From Alphaproteobacteria bacterium (GTDB lineage: Bacteria > Pseudomonadota > Alphaproteobacteria > MPNO01 > UBA2964), in assembly GCA_049602055.1 (NCBI GenBank), contig JBMYRG010000013.1, positions 12,384-76,383 of the forward strand: a stretch of 64,000 nt of DNA, in the 5' to 3' direction. Positions 28,578 to 38,376 of the stretch are shown here, one piece after another. The notes under the pieces were generated by a model. The model was not told where the DNA came from, searched no databases, and saw nothing but the letters and a program-made list of their open reading frames with translations. The first letter of the stretch is position 1. The number at the start of each line of letters is the position of its first letter. The position numbers and the translations under genes are program-made.

Positions 28578-29455
28578 GTGGCTGCCGTCTTTTCCGGTGT
28601 TTTAGCACCACGCCGAACCGCATAGGTCGTTGCACAAAAGATGATTACAGCGCCAACCCAGGTCCAAAGGTCAGGGAACTCGCTGAACAATACCCAGCCA
28701 AACACGGCGGCAATCGGCATCCGCATAAAGTTCACCGGCTGGATGACCCGTGCCACCGTCAGCGAAATGGCTTTCGTAACAGACAGATAAGCCATTGTCA
28801 GGCACAGGCAGATCGCGACGATGATGCCAAAGTCATAAAGCGTTGGTTGCTTCCAGGTCACTAGCGCCATCGGAATTGAAATCGGAATCATCAGAAGATG
28901 GGCATAATAGACAATCATTGTCGCCGACACGCCTTTAGAGAGCGATTTGATAACCGTATTGTCGCTCGCATAAAAGACCGCACTAATCAGCGCTGCCATG
29001 GCCGCAAAGGAAATCTCGATAATTCCGGGGCGCAGGATTACAAGCACGCCAGCGAAACCAATCAAGGCTGCGATCCAGCTCCGGACATCTGCGTTCTCCC
29101 GTAAAAAGAAAATCGCAAAGGCCATTGTCAGAAGCGGTGTCACAAACTGCAGCGCAAAGAAATCAGCAATCGGCATCGATGCCGTGGCAATGAACCAGAA
29201 AATAATCCCCAGATAGGTAAACACCCCGGTCAGCAAATGCATGAAGAAGCGTTTGGGAATAAATAATAGCCTGCCACCTTCACTAAGATAGACCGGTGCC
29301 AAGGCAACAACCGCGACGAAGGAGCGGATCATTGTCATTTGATATGCGGAATAGGTGTCCCCCACCTCACGCACCAATGAGGCCGCACAAGCGTAGAAAA
29401 CACAGCTCGACAGCATCCAGAGTGACCCGATAACCGCACCGGGTAACTGCTTCAT
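28574..29455 (-). CDS. DMT/EamA transporter, array member 5
   Basis: About 55-60% identical to member 6. ATGA overlaps on both sides. Confidence 0.85.
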   Translation of the reverse strand: MKQLPGAVIGSLWMLSSCVFYACAASLVREVGDTYSAYQMTMIRSFVAVVALAPVYLSEGGRLLFIPKRFFMHLLTGVFTYLGIIFWFIATASMPIADFFALQFVTPLLTMAFAIFFLRENADVRSWIAALIGFAGVLVILRPGIIEISFAAMAALISAVFYASDNTVIKSLSKGVSATMIVYYAHLLMIPISIPMALVTWKQPTLYDFGIIVAICLCLTMAYLSVTKAISLTVARVIQPVNFMRMPIAAVFGWVLFSEFPDLWTWVGAVIIFCATTYAVRRGAKTPEKTAAT

Positions 29456-30315
29456 TTCTTTTTACTCTGCTGAATAGCGTACCAAGCAGCGCCAAAAATG
29501 ATCACCGCCCCAAACCAGGTCCAGAGATCAGGGAACTCGCCAAACACCATAAAGCCCATTGCGGCAGCGATCGGCATGCGCAGGAAGTTCATTGGCTGTA
29601 CGACCCGCGCATCGGCCAGCGAGATACTGGAGGCCACACAAAACTGCGCCAGCGTTGCGAACAACGCCACGGCGATCAGGATCGGCCAGTCTGTCGCAAC
29701 CGGTGTTTTCCAGGTCAGATATGCTGGTATCACGGCAAGCACCAGAACAAGAACGTTGACGTAAAATGTCATCACCATCGGCGAGTCCTGACGCGACAGC
29801 ACTTTAATACAGGTATTTACAAACGCGTATGCCGCTGCCGTGCCGAGCGCTGCAATGACACCAAGCGAAACAGGTATATAGCCTGGTCGGATAATGACCG
29901 TCACACCCAGAAAACCGATTAATGCTGCCAACCAGCTTTTGGCGCTGACTTTCTCGCGCAACAAAATTGCCGCAACGGCAATCGTGAAGAGTGGCGAAAC
30001 AAACTGGATAGCGAAGAAGTCACCAACGGGTATTTTTTCAGTGGCGTAGAACCATAAAAGAATCGAGATATAAGTTAATACGGCCCGCACGCAATGTAGT
30101 GGAAAAGCGGTGGTTTTTAACTCCTTGAGATCGCCCCGCAGGATCAGCGGTGTGAGAACGATCACCCCGACAACACAGCGCAAAAATGTTAGTTCAAAGG
30201 TCGGATAACTACCCGCCAGATAGCGAGTCAGCGTCGCTGAGGATACATAGCAAACCGACGCGCCAAGCATCCACAGAGCGCCCTTGATAGCATTGGAATA
30301 GGCAGCATCGGTCAC
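29452..30315 (-). CDS. DMT/EamA transporter, array member 4 (the GTG start forms a GTGA overlap with the upstream gene)
   Basis: Paralog. The start is placed at the GTG at 30315..30313 (VTDAAYSNAIKGALWML), aligned to the N-termini of the sibling genes. The ORF-track extension to 30546 overlaps the upstream gene by 235 nt and is rejected. Confidence 0.75.
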   Translation of the reverse strand: MTDAAYSNAIKGALWMLGASVCYVSSATLTRYLAGSYPTFELTFLRCVVGVIVLTPLILRGDLKELKTTAFPLHCVRAVLTYISILLWFYATEKIPVGDFFAIQFVSPLFTIAVAAILLREKVSAKSWLAALIGFLGVTVIIRPGYIPVSLGVIAALGTAAAYAFVNTCIKVLSRQDSPMVMTFYVNVLVLVLAVIPAYLTWKTPVATDWPILIAVALFATLAQFCVASSISLADARVVQPMNFLRMPIAAAMGFMVFGEFPDLWTWFGAVIIFGAAWYAIQQSKKK

Positions 30316-31199
30316 TTGGTCGTGGCCTCCTCGCGAATGACATAATACGCAGCCCCAAAAATGACCACGGCACCAACCCAGGTCCAAATGCCGGGCAGCT
30401 GGCCGAACATCACATACCCAACGGCCACCGTAAATGGCATGCGGAGGAAGTCGAACGGCCAGACAATACGCGCATCTGCCGTCGCTATCGCCCGTGCCAG
30501 CGCCCACTGCCCAGCCGTCGTAAAGACGCCAAGGGCTATTATCCATCCGAGAGTGTGTAACGGGGGCAATTGCCAGGCAAATAACAGCGGAATTGCCGCC
30601 ACAACGACCATCACCAGATTGCCAAAGACAGTGATTGTCGTCGTACTTTCAGTGCGCGACAGTTTCTTAATAAAGATATTTGTACAGCTATAGAGCACTG
30701 CGGAAGTGAGTGCTGCCAGCGCCGCGATGGTAATAGTCTCAAACCCCGGTCTCAAAATAATCAGGGTGCCGATAAATCCGACGATGCAGGCTACCCAGCT
30801 ACCAACGCGCGCCTTTTCCCCGAGGAACAGTATCGCCGCGAGAATCATAAAAAGCGGCAGGGTGAATTGCAGGGCATAGACATCAGCGATTGGCATGTTC
30901 GCCAGGGCATAATATGTCGCGCCCATCGCCAGGTAGGTGAACAGGCCGCGCAACAAAAACAGATGCCAGTTCTTCAGGGACTCTTTCCCTGTTGAACCAA
31001 TATGCTTACACAGAAAGGGCAGCAATATGACCGTCGCAACGACCGAACGCCAAAACACAATCTCCATCGTGTTTAGATCGGACGACAACTGCTTAACCAG
31101 TCCGGCATTTATTGAATAGCCGATACCAGACAGTACCATCCACGCGATGCCACGCATGGCAGCGCTGCGGTTGGTCGTGCTGGCGTTGGCCGCGGTCAT
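30312..31199 (-). CDS. DMT/EamA transporter, array member 3
   Basis: Paralog. ATGA overlap with member 2 at 31196-31199. Confidence 0.85.
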   Translation of the reverse strand: MTAANASTTNRSAAMRGIAWMVLSGIGYSINAGLVKQLSSDLNTMEIVFWRSVVATVILLPFLCKHIGSTGKESLKNWHLFLLRGLFTYLAMGATYYALANMPIADVYALQFTLPLFMILAAILFLGEKARVGSWVACIVGFIGTLIILRPGFETITIAALAALTSAVLYSCTNIFIKKLSRTESTTTITVFGNLVMVVVAAIPLLFAWQLPPLHTLGWIIALGVFTTAGQWALARAIATADARIVWPFDFLRMPFTVAVGYVMFGQLPGIWTWVGAVVIFGAAYYVIREEATTK

Positions 31200-32080
31200 G
31201 CCTTTTTTACGCCTCGGCTTTCGCGACGCAGCACATCATAGGCTCCCGCAAAAATGACGACAGCACCAACCCAGGTCCAGATATCTGGCAACTCTGCAAA
31301 CATGACCCATCCAACAGCCACCGACCACGGCAGCCGTAAAAAATTGACTGATTGCACTATGCGGGCATCGGCTTCACGTATGGAGAATGTGAGGCAAACC
31401 ATTGCCAACATAAACAGCACCCCCATGAACAAAATCCCCGGCACTTGTTCCCAGCTCGGTGTCACCCAGTTAATCGCGGCGGGAACAATGGAAAGTAGCG
31501 CCACGATCGAATTAGACACCATCGTAATCATGATAGGGCTCTCGCTGCTGCCGAGTTTGCGAATGGTGATATTGGCTGCAGCAAAAGCGAAAGCCGACAC
31601 AATTGCAGCAAGAGCGCCGGGATTCATCGGGATGATACCCGGACGCACGATGATGAGCGCCCCACAAAAACCGATTACGCAAGATAGCCAACCCCGCAGA
31701 CCGACATACTCTCCGAGTAATAAACCTGCGAGCAAAATAGTGAACAGCGGTACGGTAAAGAGCAGTGATTGGACGTTCGCAATATCCATTACAGAATAGG
31801 CATAGAAAGAAGCGTACATCCCGCCGAACGACAGCAACCCACGAAGGATGTAGAGACCTGAGCGACGACGAATGCCAGCAAATGATCCTTTGTCGAGGCG
31901 CATTGCCAACGGCAGGAGTAACAGGGCGCTGATGCTGCTAAAGAAGAAAAGAAGTTCTGCAACGCCGAAGTCGAAGGACAGTTTTCTGACAAAGCCGCTC
32001 GCCAAAGCCTGAAAGGCTGTTGCCAGCACCATCCACAGAACACCACGGACGACGGCGTTTGATAAAATTCCATTTTTCAT
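31196..32080 (-). CDS. DMT/EamA transporter, array member 2
   Basis: Paralog. The start is set at MKNGILSN (32080), giving an ATGA overlap with member 1. The longer ORF-track version is rejected. Confidence 0.8.
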   Translation of the reverse strand: MKNGILSNAVVRGVLWMVLATAFQALASGFVRKLSFDFGVAELLFFFSSISALLLLPLAMRLDKGSFAGIRRRSGLYILRGLLSFGGMYASFYAYSVMDIANVQSLLFTVPLFTILLAGLLLGEYVGLRGWLSCVIGFCGALIIVRPGIIPMNPGALAAIVSAFAFAAANITIRKLGSSESPIMITMVSNSIVALLSIVPAAINWVTPSWEQVPGILFMGVLFMLAMVCLTFSIREADARIVQSVNFLRLPWSVAVGWVMFAELPDIWTWVGAVVIFAGAYDVLRRESRGVKKA

Positions 32081-32970
32081 GATGTTGGGGATCCAGTCGG
32101 TGCTTGGTTGGCGTTTCGTATTTTGGTTTCGCGCCACACTATGTAGTAAGACGCACCAAAAATCACTGCTGCACCAACCCAGGTCCAAATATCGGGCAAT
32201 TCAAGAAACATGACGTAACCAATCAATGCGGCAAATATCATTCGGGTGAACTGGAAGGGTTGGACCACACGGGCATCCGCTGCACCAACCGCCATCGTAA
32301 AACAGATGCCCCCGACAGCACTGAAAAACGCCGCCCCAAATATCCACGGGATTTGCTCCAGAGTTGGCGTTACCCAGATAAAGACGGTTGGGATCATTGC
32401 CAGCGGCAGCATAAGCAAATTGGAATAAACCGTAATGGTTCCAACACTTTCCGTTCTGGTTAGTAGCTTTATCGTGGTGTTGGAGCCTGCTGACATCATT
32501 GCGGAAGCAATAGCAGCAACTGCGGCCAAGGTAAGCTCGATAACGCCAGGTCGCATAACTATTAACGCTCCGGCAAAGCCAACGAGGCATGCCGCCCAAG
32601 CCTGACGATCTGTTTGTTGTTTAAGGATAAATACGGCGAGCATGATCGTGAACAAGGGGATGGTGAATTGCAGGGCAAACACATCCGCAATCGGCATTTC
32701 TCCCCAGGCGTAAAACAGCGTGACCATCGCGGTATAGGCGAAAAATACCCGTAGACAATATAGAGGTAGGCGACTGGTTCGCATCACGCCAAACCCCTCA
32801 CGAAAAAGCCAGGGCACTAGTAGAAGCAAACCAACAACATTTCGGAAAAGGACCAGCTCTAAAGTCGGCACTTCACCCGCGAGCTGGCGTACACAGGCAC
32901 CGGCTGCAGCGCTGAGCAACATTGCCAGACTCATCCAAAGAATCCCGGCGATAGGACGGTTTGGTTTCAA
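32077..32970 (-). CDS. DMT/EamA transporter, array member 1 (5'-most)
   Basis: Paralog (297 aa) with the conserved 'ADARVVQPFQFTRMIFAALIGYVMFLELPDIWTWVGAAVIF' C-terminus. Confidence 0.85.
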   Translation of the reverse strand: MKPNRPIAGILWMSLAMLLSAAAGACVRQLAGEVPTLELVLFRNVVGLLLLVPWLFREGFGVMRTSRLPLYCLRVFFAYTAMVTLFYAWGEMPIADVFALQFTIPLFTIMLAVFILKQQTDRQAWAACLVGFAGALIVMRPGVIELTLAAVAAIASAMMSAGSNTTIKLLTRTESVGTITVYSNLLMLPLAMIPTVFIWVTPTLEQIPWIFGAAFFSAVGGICFTMAVGAADARVVQPFQFTRMIFAALIGYVMFLELPDIWTWVGAAVIFGASYYIVWRETKIRNANQAPTGSPTS

Positions 32971-33043
32971 CTTTGTTCCTTAGTTGGCGAAGACGTTTCG
33001 CTGCTAGCGAGACGAATTGTGTTTATTTATTAGGTGAAGAATA

Positions 33044-33072
33044 TCGGAAACAACTGACGGACGCACGGTCAG
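33044..33072 (-). terminator. Possible terminator downstream of the 33077..33550 gene
   Basis: Hairpin ctgac-ggacgcacg-gtcag with a T-rich flank on the minus strand. The stem is short. Confidence 0.3.
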
Positions 33073-33076
33073 CTGT

Positions 33077-33550
33077 TTATTCGAAAATGGAAAGCTGGGA
33101 TTCCATGTCGTCGACGCGCATTGGAAAATCAATACCGTCGCGCGCATTCATAATTTTATTTGGCGCTATGAAAGCGAGGTCACGCTGCAAATCTATCGCA
33201 AACCGAGCACTTAAACCTGCTTTCCAGGCGAGAGCGACAATCGTTTTAACGCTTTTAACGCGGACCATGCGTTCGACTGTCGGCATCGGAATTTTGGCGC
33301 GCAATGCGAGTGCTGCTTTGACGAACTCATAGTCTTTATTGTCCAAAGCCGCAGCGAGCGACTCATTCGTCAGTTTGTTTTCATCAAACAAGCGTTTGGC
33401 CCGATAGCGCGGCGCCTCACCATTCTCAGCGAAAAAATAGAGGACCTCAGGCGGCGTGGTGGGATCAGCGGCAAGGGCTTTACGCGCCGCATCGTCATCA
33501 CTTTGCAGAATTCCGCCTAACTCTTGGTACTGTTTGGCTGCCGTTGCCAT
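33077..33550 (-). CDS. Conserved hypothetical protein (157 aa, soluble, alphaproteobacterial-type)
   Basis: Clean ORF with its own intergenic regions. No motif recognised. Confidence 0.5.
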   Translation of the reverse strand: MATAAKQYQELGGILQSDDDAARKALAADPTTPPEVLYFFAENGEAPRYRAKRLFDENKLTNESLAAALDNKDYEFVKAALALRAKIPMPTVERMVRVKSVKTIVALAWKAGLSARFAIDLQRDLAFIAPNKIMNARDGIDFPMRVDDMESQLSIFE

Positions 33551-33666
33551 GGAATCATCTCGTCTATTGAGGTGAATGCTAATGAAACAGCCTTAAAATT
33601 TAGTTTCTTCGTTCGTAGGAATTCGACAGCATTTTATAGATAAGTAACTGAATTTATGGTCTTTAT

Positions 33667-34698
33667 TTAGCCACTGGTCGCATTCGTCTTCCGCGACGTC
33701 AAATCAAAGGCCTCCGCCAGCAGTTCATAGGAACGGAACCGGGCCTCCAAAGTCGGGCACATCGTCAAAACAACAAATTCATCGACATCATAAAGCTTGC
33801 CCGTCGCTAACATCGCATCCCGTACTTGCTCGCCAGTGCCCCAGAAACAGCGCTGACGATTATACACCCTCAGAGCTTCCTCTTGCGGCGGATACACATA
33901 GGCTTCCGCCTCTTCAATCGACGGCACCGGTGCCGCAAGTCCCTTGCGTTGCCGAACAGAGGAAAGGTCACGGCATTTCATCAACTGTTCGGCTTTGTCT
34001 TCTGTGTCGGCTGCCACCGCAAATACGCCGATATTAACGACGGGTTCGGGCCAGGCCTCCGACGGCCGATAGTTGTCGCGATAGGCCGCGACGGCTTGTG
34101 GTCCACCCTCTGCGACAATGAAATGGGCAAATGAAAATGGTACACCGAAATAGGCTGCCATAGCCGCGCTTTGATCACTCGAGCCCAGCATCCAGACATC
34201 CGGCACAGTAGGGCCAGCGGGCATGGCTTTTACATTGGCAAACGGATGATCCTCCGGAAGGTTACCGCTCAGATAGCCCATCATATCGCGAACCTGTGTC
34301 GGATAGTGCTCGGCACCCAGCGCTCCCGGCCCGGTTTGGAGTGCCTGATCTGTTATCCGGTCACTTCCCGGCGCACGCCCGATCCCAAGATCAATTCGCC
34401 CCGGATATAAAGTCTCTATTGTGCGGAAGGTTTCTGCCACTTTCAAAGGGCTGTAATGGGTAAGCATGATCCCACCAGAACCAACCCGTATACCCTGCGT
34501 TCGGCCGGCAACCTGCGGAATCATTATCTCAGGGGCTGCACCGGCGAGCCCATTGCTACTGTGATGCTCTGCCAGCCAGTAGCGGTGATAGCCAAGCCTA
34601 TCGACATGCTCAGCCAAGGCCAACGTATCAGCAACGGCATCTGCAGGGGTAGCGCCGGTTCGTATCGGCGATTGATCTAGAACACTGAGTAAAGTCAT
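33667..34698 (-). CDS. LLM-class flavin-dependent oxidoreductase (luciferase-like monooxygenase)
   Basis: N-terminal 'GYHRYWLAEHHSSNGLAGAAPEIMIPQVAGRTQGIRVGSGGIMLTHYSPLKVAE', typical of LLM TIM-barrel proteins. Length is 343 aa. Confidence 0.8.
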   Translation of the reverse strand: MTLLSVLDQSPIRTGATPADAVADTLALAEHVDRLGYHRYWLAEHHSSNGLAGAAPEIMIPQVAGRTQGIRVGSGGIMLTHYSPLKVAETFRTIETLYPGRIDLGIGRAPGSDRITDQALQTGPGALGAEHYPTQVRDMMGYLSGNLPEDHPFANVKAMPAGPTVPDVWMLGSSDQSAAMAAYFGVPFSFAHFIVAEGGPQAVAAYRDNYRPSEAWPEPVVNIGVFAVAADTEDKAEQLMKCRDLSSVRQRKGLAAPVPSIEEAEAYVYPPQEEALRVYNRQRCFWGTGEQVRDAMLATGKLYDVDEFVVLTMCPTLEARFRSYELLAEAFDLTSRKTNATSG

Positions 34699-34777
34699 GA
34701 AATCATTTTAAACATAGTTGTATATGAATGCACCGGATTGCCTTGGCGGAGTCCGACGTGCCGCATAGAGTGCATCA

Positions 34778-36211
34778 ATGACAGATCAATCACCTTCCGA
34801 AAACACCGCCATCGCAAAAAAAGCAGGATGGCTGGATTTATTTCGGGGAGGGCTCGGCCCTTACACAATTTTACTTAATCTCGGCATCGCGCTGCATGCC
34901 ATCGATATCTTCGTCATCACGACCATTATGCCGACTGTCGTCGCGGACATCGGCGGCATTTCCTTTTATGCCTGGACATCCATGCTCTATATGGTCGGCA
35001 CTATTATCGGCTCTGCCGCGGGAGGTTATTTCCGCGCCCGTTTGGGAACACGACGCGGCTATGTATGGGGTGGCCTGATCTTGCTGGTGGGAACCATTGC
35101 CTGCGCCATTCCACCAGATATGGGAACGCTTTTAGCAGCGAGGGTTGTAAAGGGAATCGGTGGCGGGTTGGTCATTGCGCAGTCGATGGCCCTCATTAGC
35201 GATCTTTATACGCCTTCTATCAGAACCCGCATCCTCGCCTTAATCTCAACAACGTGGACAGTTGCCTCCTTTTTTGGGCCAGGAATTGGTGGAGTCTTTG
35301 CTGAGGTCGATTACTGGCGAGGAGCCTTTTGGGCACAGGCTCCGTTTGTCATCGCCTTTGTCGCGATGTCATGGCACCTCATCCCTGAGAAAGTTAACTC
35401 TGAGCCACATGGCAATTTACCCTGGCGACGCCTGCTCATGCTGGCCGCCGGGGTATTGTCTGTGGGGCTTACCGGTCAATATAAAGCGCCTGTTACTAGT
35501 GCGACGTTAATCTTGTTGGCTGTTTTTCTGGTCTGGATGACCTTCCGGCGCGATCAAGCCTCAGAAACCAAGTTGTTTCCCAGCAATGCCTTGTCCTTAT
35601 TTAAACCGGTGGGGCTCGCCTACTGGTCTTATTTCTTGATTTCAATCACCTATACGACGCTCTTGATTTTCGCGCCTTTATTCCTTCAGGAACTCCATAA
35701 CGTCACCCCTCTTCTGCTCGGTTATTTATCACTCGTCTTCTCAACAGGCTGGACGATCGGCTCGATTGCCGTGGCGGGACTAACAGGCATGAAGGAGCGC
35801 GTGGGATCTGTCGCGGGTATGGTGTTCGCTGCGGCGACTACAGTTGCCTTTACAGTGGCAATCCTGTCCGGAACCGTCACGATGATTACGATATGGATTA
35901 CGCTGGTGGGCTTCGGCATAGGCGTAACGAATGTCTTGATGACGAGTTACGGGATGAGTGTCGCGCAAGAAGGCGAAGAGGGAATCACTGCCGCTGCAAT
36001 GCCGACAATTCGGTCGCTTGGGGTTGCCTTTGGGGCTGCAGCAGCTGGACTTGTCGCGAATAGTGCCGGGCTAGACGAAAGTACCTCCAGAGAGACCATC
36101 TATCGAGTCGCGGCCTGGGTTCTCGGCTTCACAGCGTTGATTCCCGCCTTCGCGGCCTTTATTTGCTACAGAGCCGTCGGTTGGGGCTGGAAATTCCGCA
36201 CCGGTCGCTAG
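34778..36211 (+). CDS. MFS transporter (14-TM, DHA2-like drug/metabolite:H+ antiporter)
   Basis: 477 aa protein with about 14 hydrophobic segments, and an MFS motif 'G..RARLGTRRG' between TM2 and TM3. Confidence 0.75.
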   Translation: MTDQSPSENTAIAKKAGWLDLFRGGLGPYTILLNLGIALHAIDIFVITTIMPTVVADIGGISFYAWTSMLYMVGTIIGSAAGGYFRARLGTRRGYVWGGLILLVGTIACAIPPDMGTLLAARVVKGIGGGLVIAQSMALISDLYTPSIRTRILALISTTWTVASFFGPGIGGVFAEVDYWRGAFWAQAPFVIAFVAMSWHLIPEKVNSEPHGNLPWRRLLMLAAGVLSVGLTGQYKAPVTSATLILLAVFLVWMTFRRDQASETKLFPSNALSLFKPVGLAYWSYFLISITYTTLLIFAPLFLQELHNVTPLLLGYLSLVFSTGWTIGSIAVAGLTGMKERVGSVAGMVFAAATTVAFTVAILSGTVTMITIWITLVGFGIGVTNVLMTSYGMSVAQEGEEGITAAAMPTIRSLGVAFGAAAAGLVANSAGLDESTSRETIYRVAAWVLGFTALIPAFAAFICYRAVGWGWKFRTGR

Positions 36212-36267
36212 AAACTCACGGTATTGCGCCATAGAATTTGCAAGACCTTTTAGATGAGGATTTAACA

Positions 36268-37164
36268 ATGACGATCAAAACCGTCGCGATATTGAGCCCT
36301 GGCGAAATGGGTGCCGCAACTGGCAAGGCGTTTCAGGAACATGGCTTCGATATCATCACGTCTCTTGATGGTCGCAGTGAAACGTCGCGTCAACGCGCCG
36401 CCGCTGCTGGATTTCGCGACTGCGGTTCTATCGCGTCCGTCCTCGCAGAAGCTGATATCGTGTTTTCTATTTTACCGCCCGGCGATGCGCTAGCTCAGGC
36501 CGAGCGTGTTGCGGCCGCAATGAAAGAAACAGGACACACACCCCCATATTTCGATTGCAACGCCGTATCTCCCGAAACTGCCGCACAGATCGGCGATGTC
36601 ATCGAAGCCGCCGGTGCCGCCTATATTGATGGAGGCATCGTTGGTAATCCTCCTGGGGCCTCCGTTCCAACCCGCTTTTTTGTGAGCGGTAGCGGTGCTG
36701 AAGAAATGAACGTGTTCGATGGAAAAGGTGTGGACATCAAGCAATGTGGCCCCGAGTCGGGGAAAGCATCCGCCATTAAGATGTGTTATGCGGGCATAAC
36801 CAAAGGCACCAGCGCTTTGCATGCGGCGATGCTGATGGCAGCCGAAAAGCTCGGTATTGCCGACGACCTTCATGACGAACTCATCTATAGTCAGGGAGCG
36901 ATGTATAAACGTATGGAAGCGCTGACGTCGGCCCTTCCCGCTGTTTCAGACCGTTATATCGGAGAAATGGAAGAAATAGCGAAAACCATGGGGGCGATTG
37001 GCATGCCAACAGGGTTTCATGACGGTTCAGCCGAGCTTTACGGGTTAATGACCAAATCTCCCTACGCCTCTGAAATTCGCGAGACCGTCGATAAAAGCCG
37101 GACGATGCGTCAAACTGTGGAAGGGTGCGCAGCGGTCGTCGGCAGCAAAGACGCCGCCGAATAA
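36268..37164 (+). CDS. NAD(P)-binding oxidoreductase (6-phosphogluconate-dehydrogenase-like Rossmann domain plus DUF1932-like C-terminus)
   Basis: 'KTVAILSPGEMGAATGKAF' dinucleotide fold. The start is set at MTIKTVA, which has a GAGGA RBS. Confidence 0.6.
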   Translation: MTIKTVAILSPGEMGAATGKAFQEHGFDIITSLDGRSETSRQRAAAAGFRDCGSIASVLAEADIVFSILPPGDALAQAERVAAAMKETGHTPPYFDCNAVSPETAAQIGDVIEAAGAAYIDGGIVGNPPGASVPTRFFVSGSGAEEMNVFDGKGVDIKQCGPESGKASAIKMCYAGITKGTSALHAAMLMAAEKLGIADDLHDELIYSQGAMYKRMEALTSALPAVSDRYIGEMEEIAKTMGAIGMPTGFHDGSAELYGLMTKSPYASEIRETVDKSRTMRQTVEGCAAVVGSKDAAE

Positions 37165-37619
37165 ATTTTTCCACCCATGATTTCGGCAAGTTTCCTTAGC
37201 AAAGGAGAGCCTTCATCCAGAACGGATAGCAGGTGAGCCGGACAGAGGTGGCAATCAGAACTCCCAAAGCCAGTCACTGGAACCATCAAATTCTTCAACG
37301 CGGTTGCCCTTTGACACAGCGCGCATTCATGTCCATCGGGCACCGCCAAAAATTCAACAACCTGACCCGCAAGTGTGAGCCAATCGACATGCCAGTGTGG
37401 CTTTTTTTCTGAACGAATATGGCGCTTTAATCGGGCTGCCAAACCACCTGGGCCACGAGCGCTGCCAAAGTAGAGATAGAGCCCAGGAGGAAGCGCAATA
37501 TCTCCGAGGTTTCCAACAGTACCTTGGAAGCCATCCTTTAGCTCAATTGATAGGACGTAGGCACCAGATTGTTTTAGAAATCGATCATCTTGCATCATAC
37601 AGGGCCTATCGGCGATCAT
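37110..37619 (-). CDS. DUF123-like (GIY-YIG/Uri-superfamily-like) protein
   Basis: 'GAYVLSIEL...LPPGLYLYFGSARGPGGLAARLKRHIR' resembles the DUF123 core. The start is uncertain (several Met between 37595 and 37748). Confidence 0.4.
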   Translation of the reverse strand: MIADRPCMMQDDRFLKQSGAYVLSIELKDGFQGTVGNLGDIALPPGLYLYFGSARGPGGLAARLKRHIRSEKKPHWHVDWLTLAGQVVEFLAVPDGHECALCQRATALKNLMVPVTGFGSSDCHLCPAHLLSVLDEGSPLLRKLAEIMGGKIYSAASLLPTTAAHPSTV

Positions 37620-38376
37620 GGCACCAATGTCACAAACATCTTCACCAAACAGCACAACGGTAACGTTACCAAGCGGCAAAACCGCTATCGTCAATATCAG
37701 ACGAAGTTCCCGGTCGCGACGGGTGACGTTACGGATAGCACCAGGCACCGGTCAAGCCGAGCTGGTTTTACCGGGCCGTCTTTCTGAAAGAAAAGGAATC
37801 GCCTTTCTACAAAGTAAAACGAGTTGGCTTGAAGAACGGCTCGCCAAATACCCCGACCCAATTCCCTTTGAAGATGGACAAATCGTCCCCTTCCTCGGTG
37901 AGCCCTTAACCATCAGTCACCTAAACGCCAAACGGGCCGACGTTCAAAAAGACGGCGAGCAATTAATAGTCTCGGCACCCACAGCCCGCATTTCCAAGGC
38001 GGTTCACGACTGGTATCGGCGTGAGGCTGGCTGTGAAATTACCCTCTGCGCTAACCAAAAATCAAAGATGCTTGGCACACCTTATGGCCGGTTATCCATT
38101 CGTGACACTAAGAGCCGATGGGGCAGCTGCTCGGCGAGGGGCGATTTAAATTTCTCTTGGCGAGTAGTCATGGCACCCCGCTACGTTCTCGATTATCTGG
38201 TCGCTCATGAAGTTGCTCACCTCGCAGAGATGAACCATTCAACGAGTTTCTGGACCATCGTCGAACAGCTGTCTGATGAATTCGAGAAGGGACGAAAATG
38301 GCTACGCCTAAACGGCCATGAGCTTCATCGCTACGGCGTTGAACTGCCCGCACGTGAAAACCGGGCATCCGAGTAG
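37618..38376 (+). CDS. YgjP-like (DUF45/M48-related) zinc metallohydrolase
   Basis: C-terminal 'YVLDYLVAHEVAHLAEMNHS', the HExxH motif typical of the YgjP family. Length is 252 aa. Confidence 0.7.
   Translation: MAPMSQTSSPNSTTVTLPSGKTAIVNIRRSSRSRRVTLRIAPGTGQAELVLPGRLSERKGIAFLQSKTSWLEERLAKYPDPIPFEDGQIVPFLGEPLTISHLNAKRADVQKDGEQLIVSAPTARISKAVHDWYRREAGCEITLCANQKSKMLGTPYGRLSIRDTKSRWGSCSARGDLNFSWRVVMAPRYVLDYLVAHEVAHLAEMNHSTSFWTIVEQLSDEFEKGRKWLRLNGHELHRYGVELPARENRASE

Noticed and set aside
29452-30546. Long version of EamA member 4 (364 aa) and of member 2 (31196..32188, 330 aa) from the ORF track
   Set aside because: The N-terminal extensions overlap the upstream paralog by 110-235 nt and are unlike any sibling N-terminus. 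Internal starts at 30315 (GTG) and 32080 (ATG) reproduce the 4-nt overlap pattern of the other junctions.
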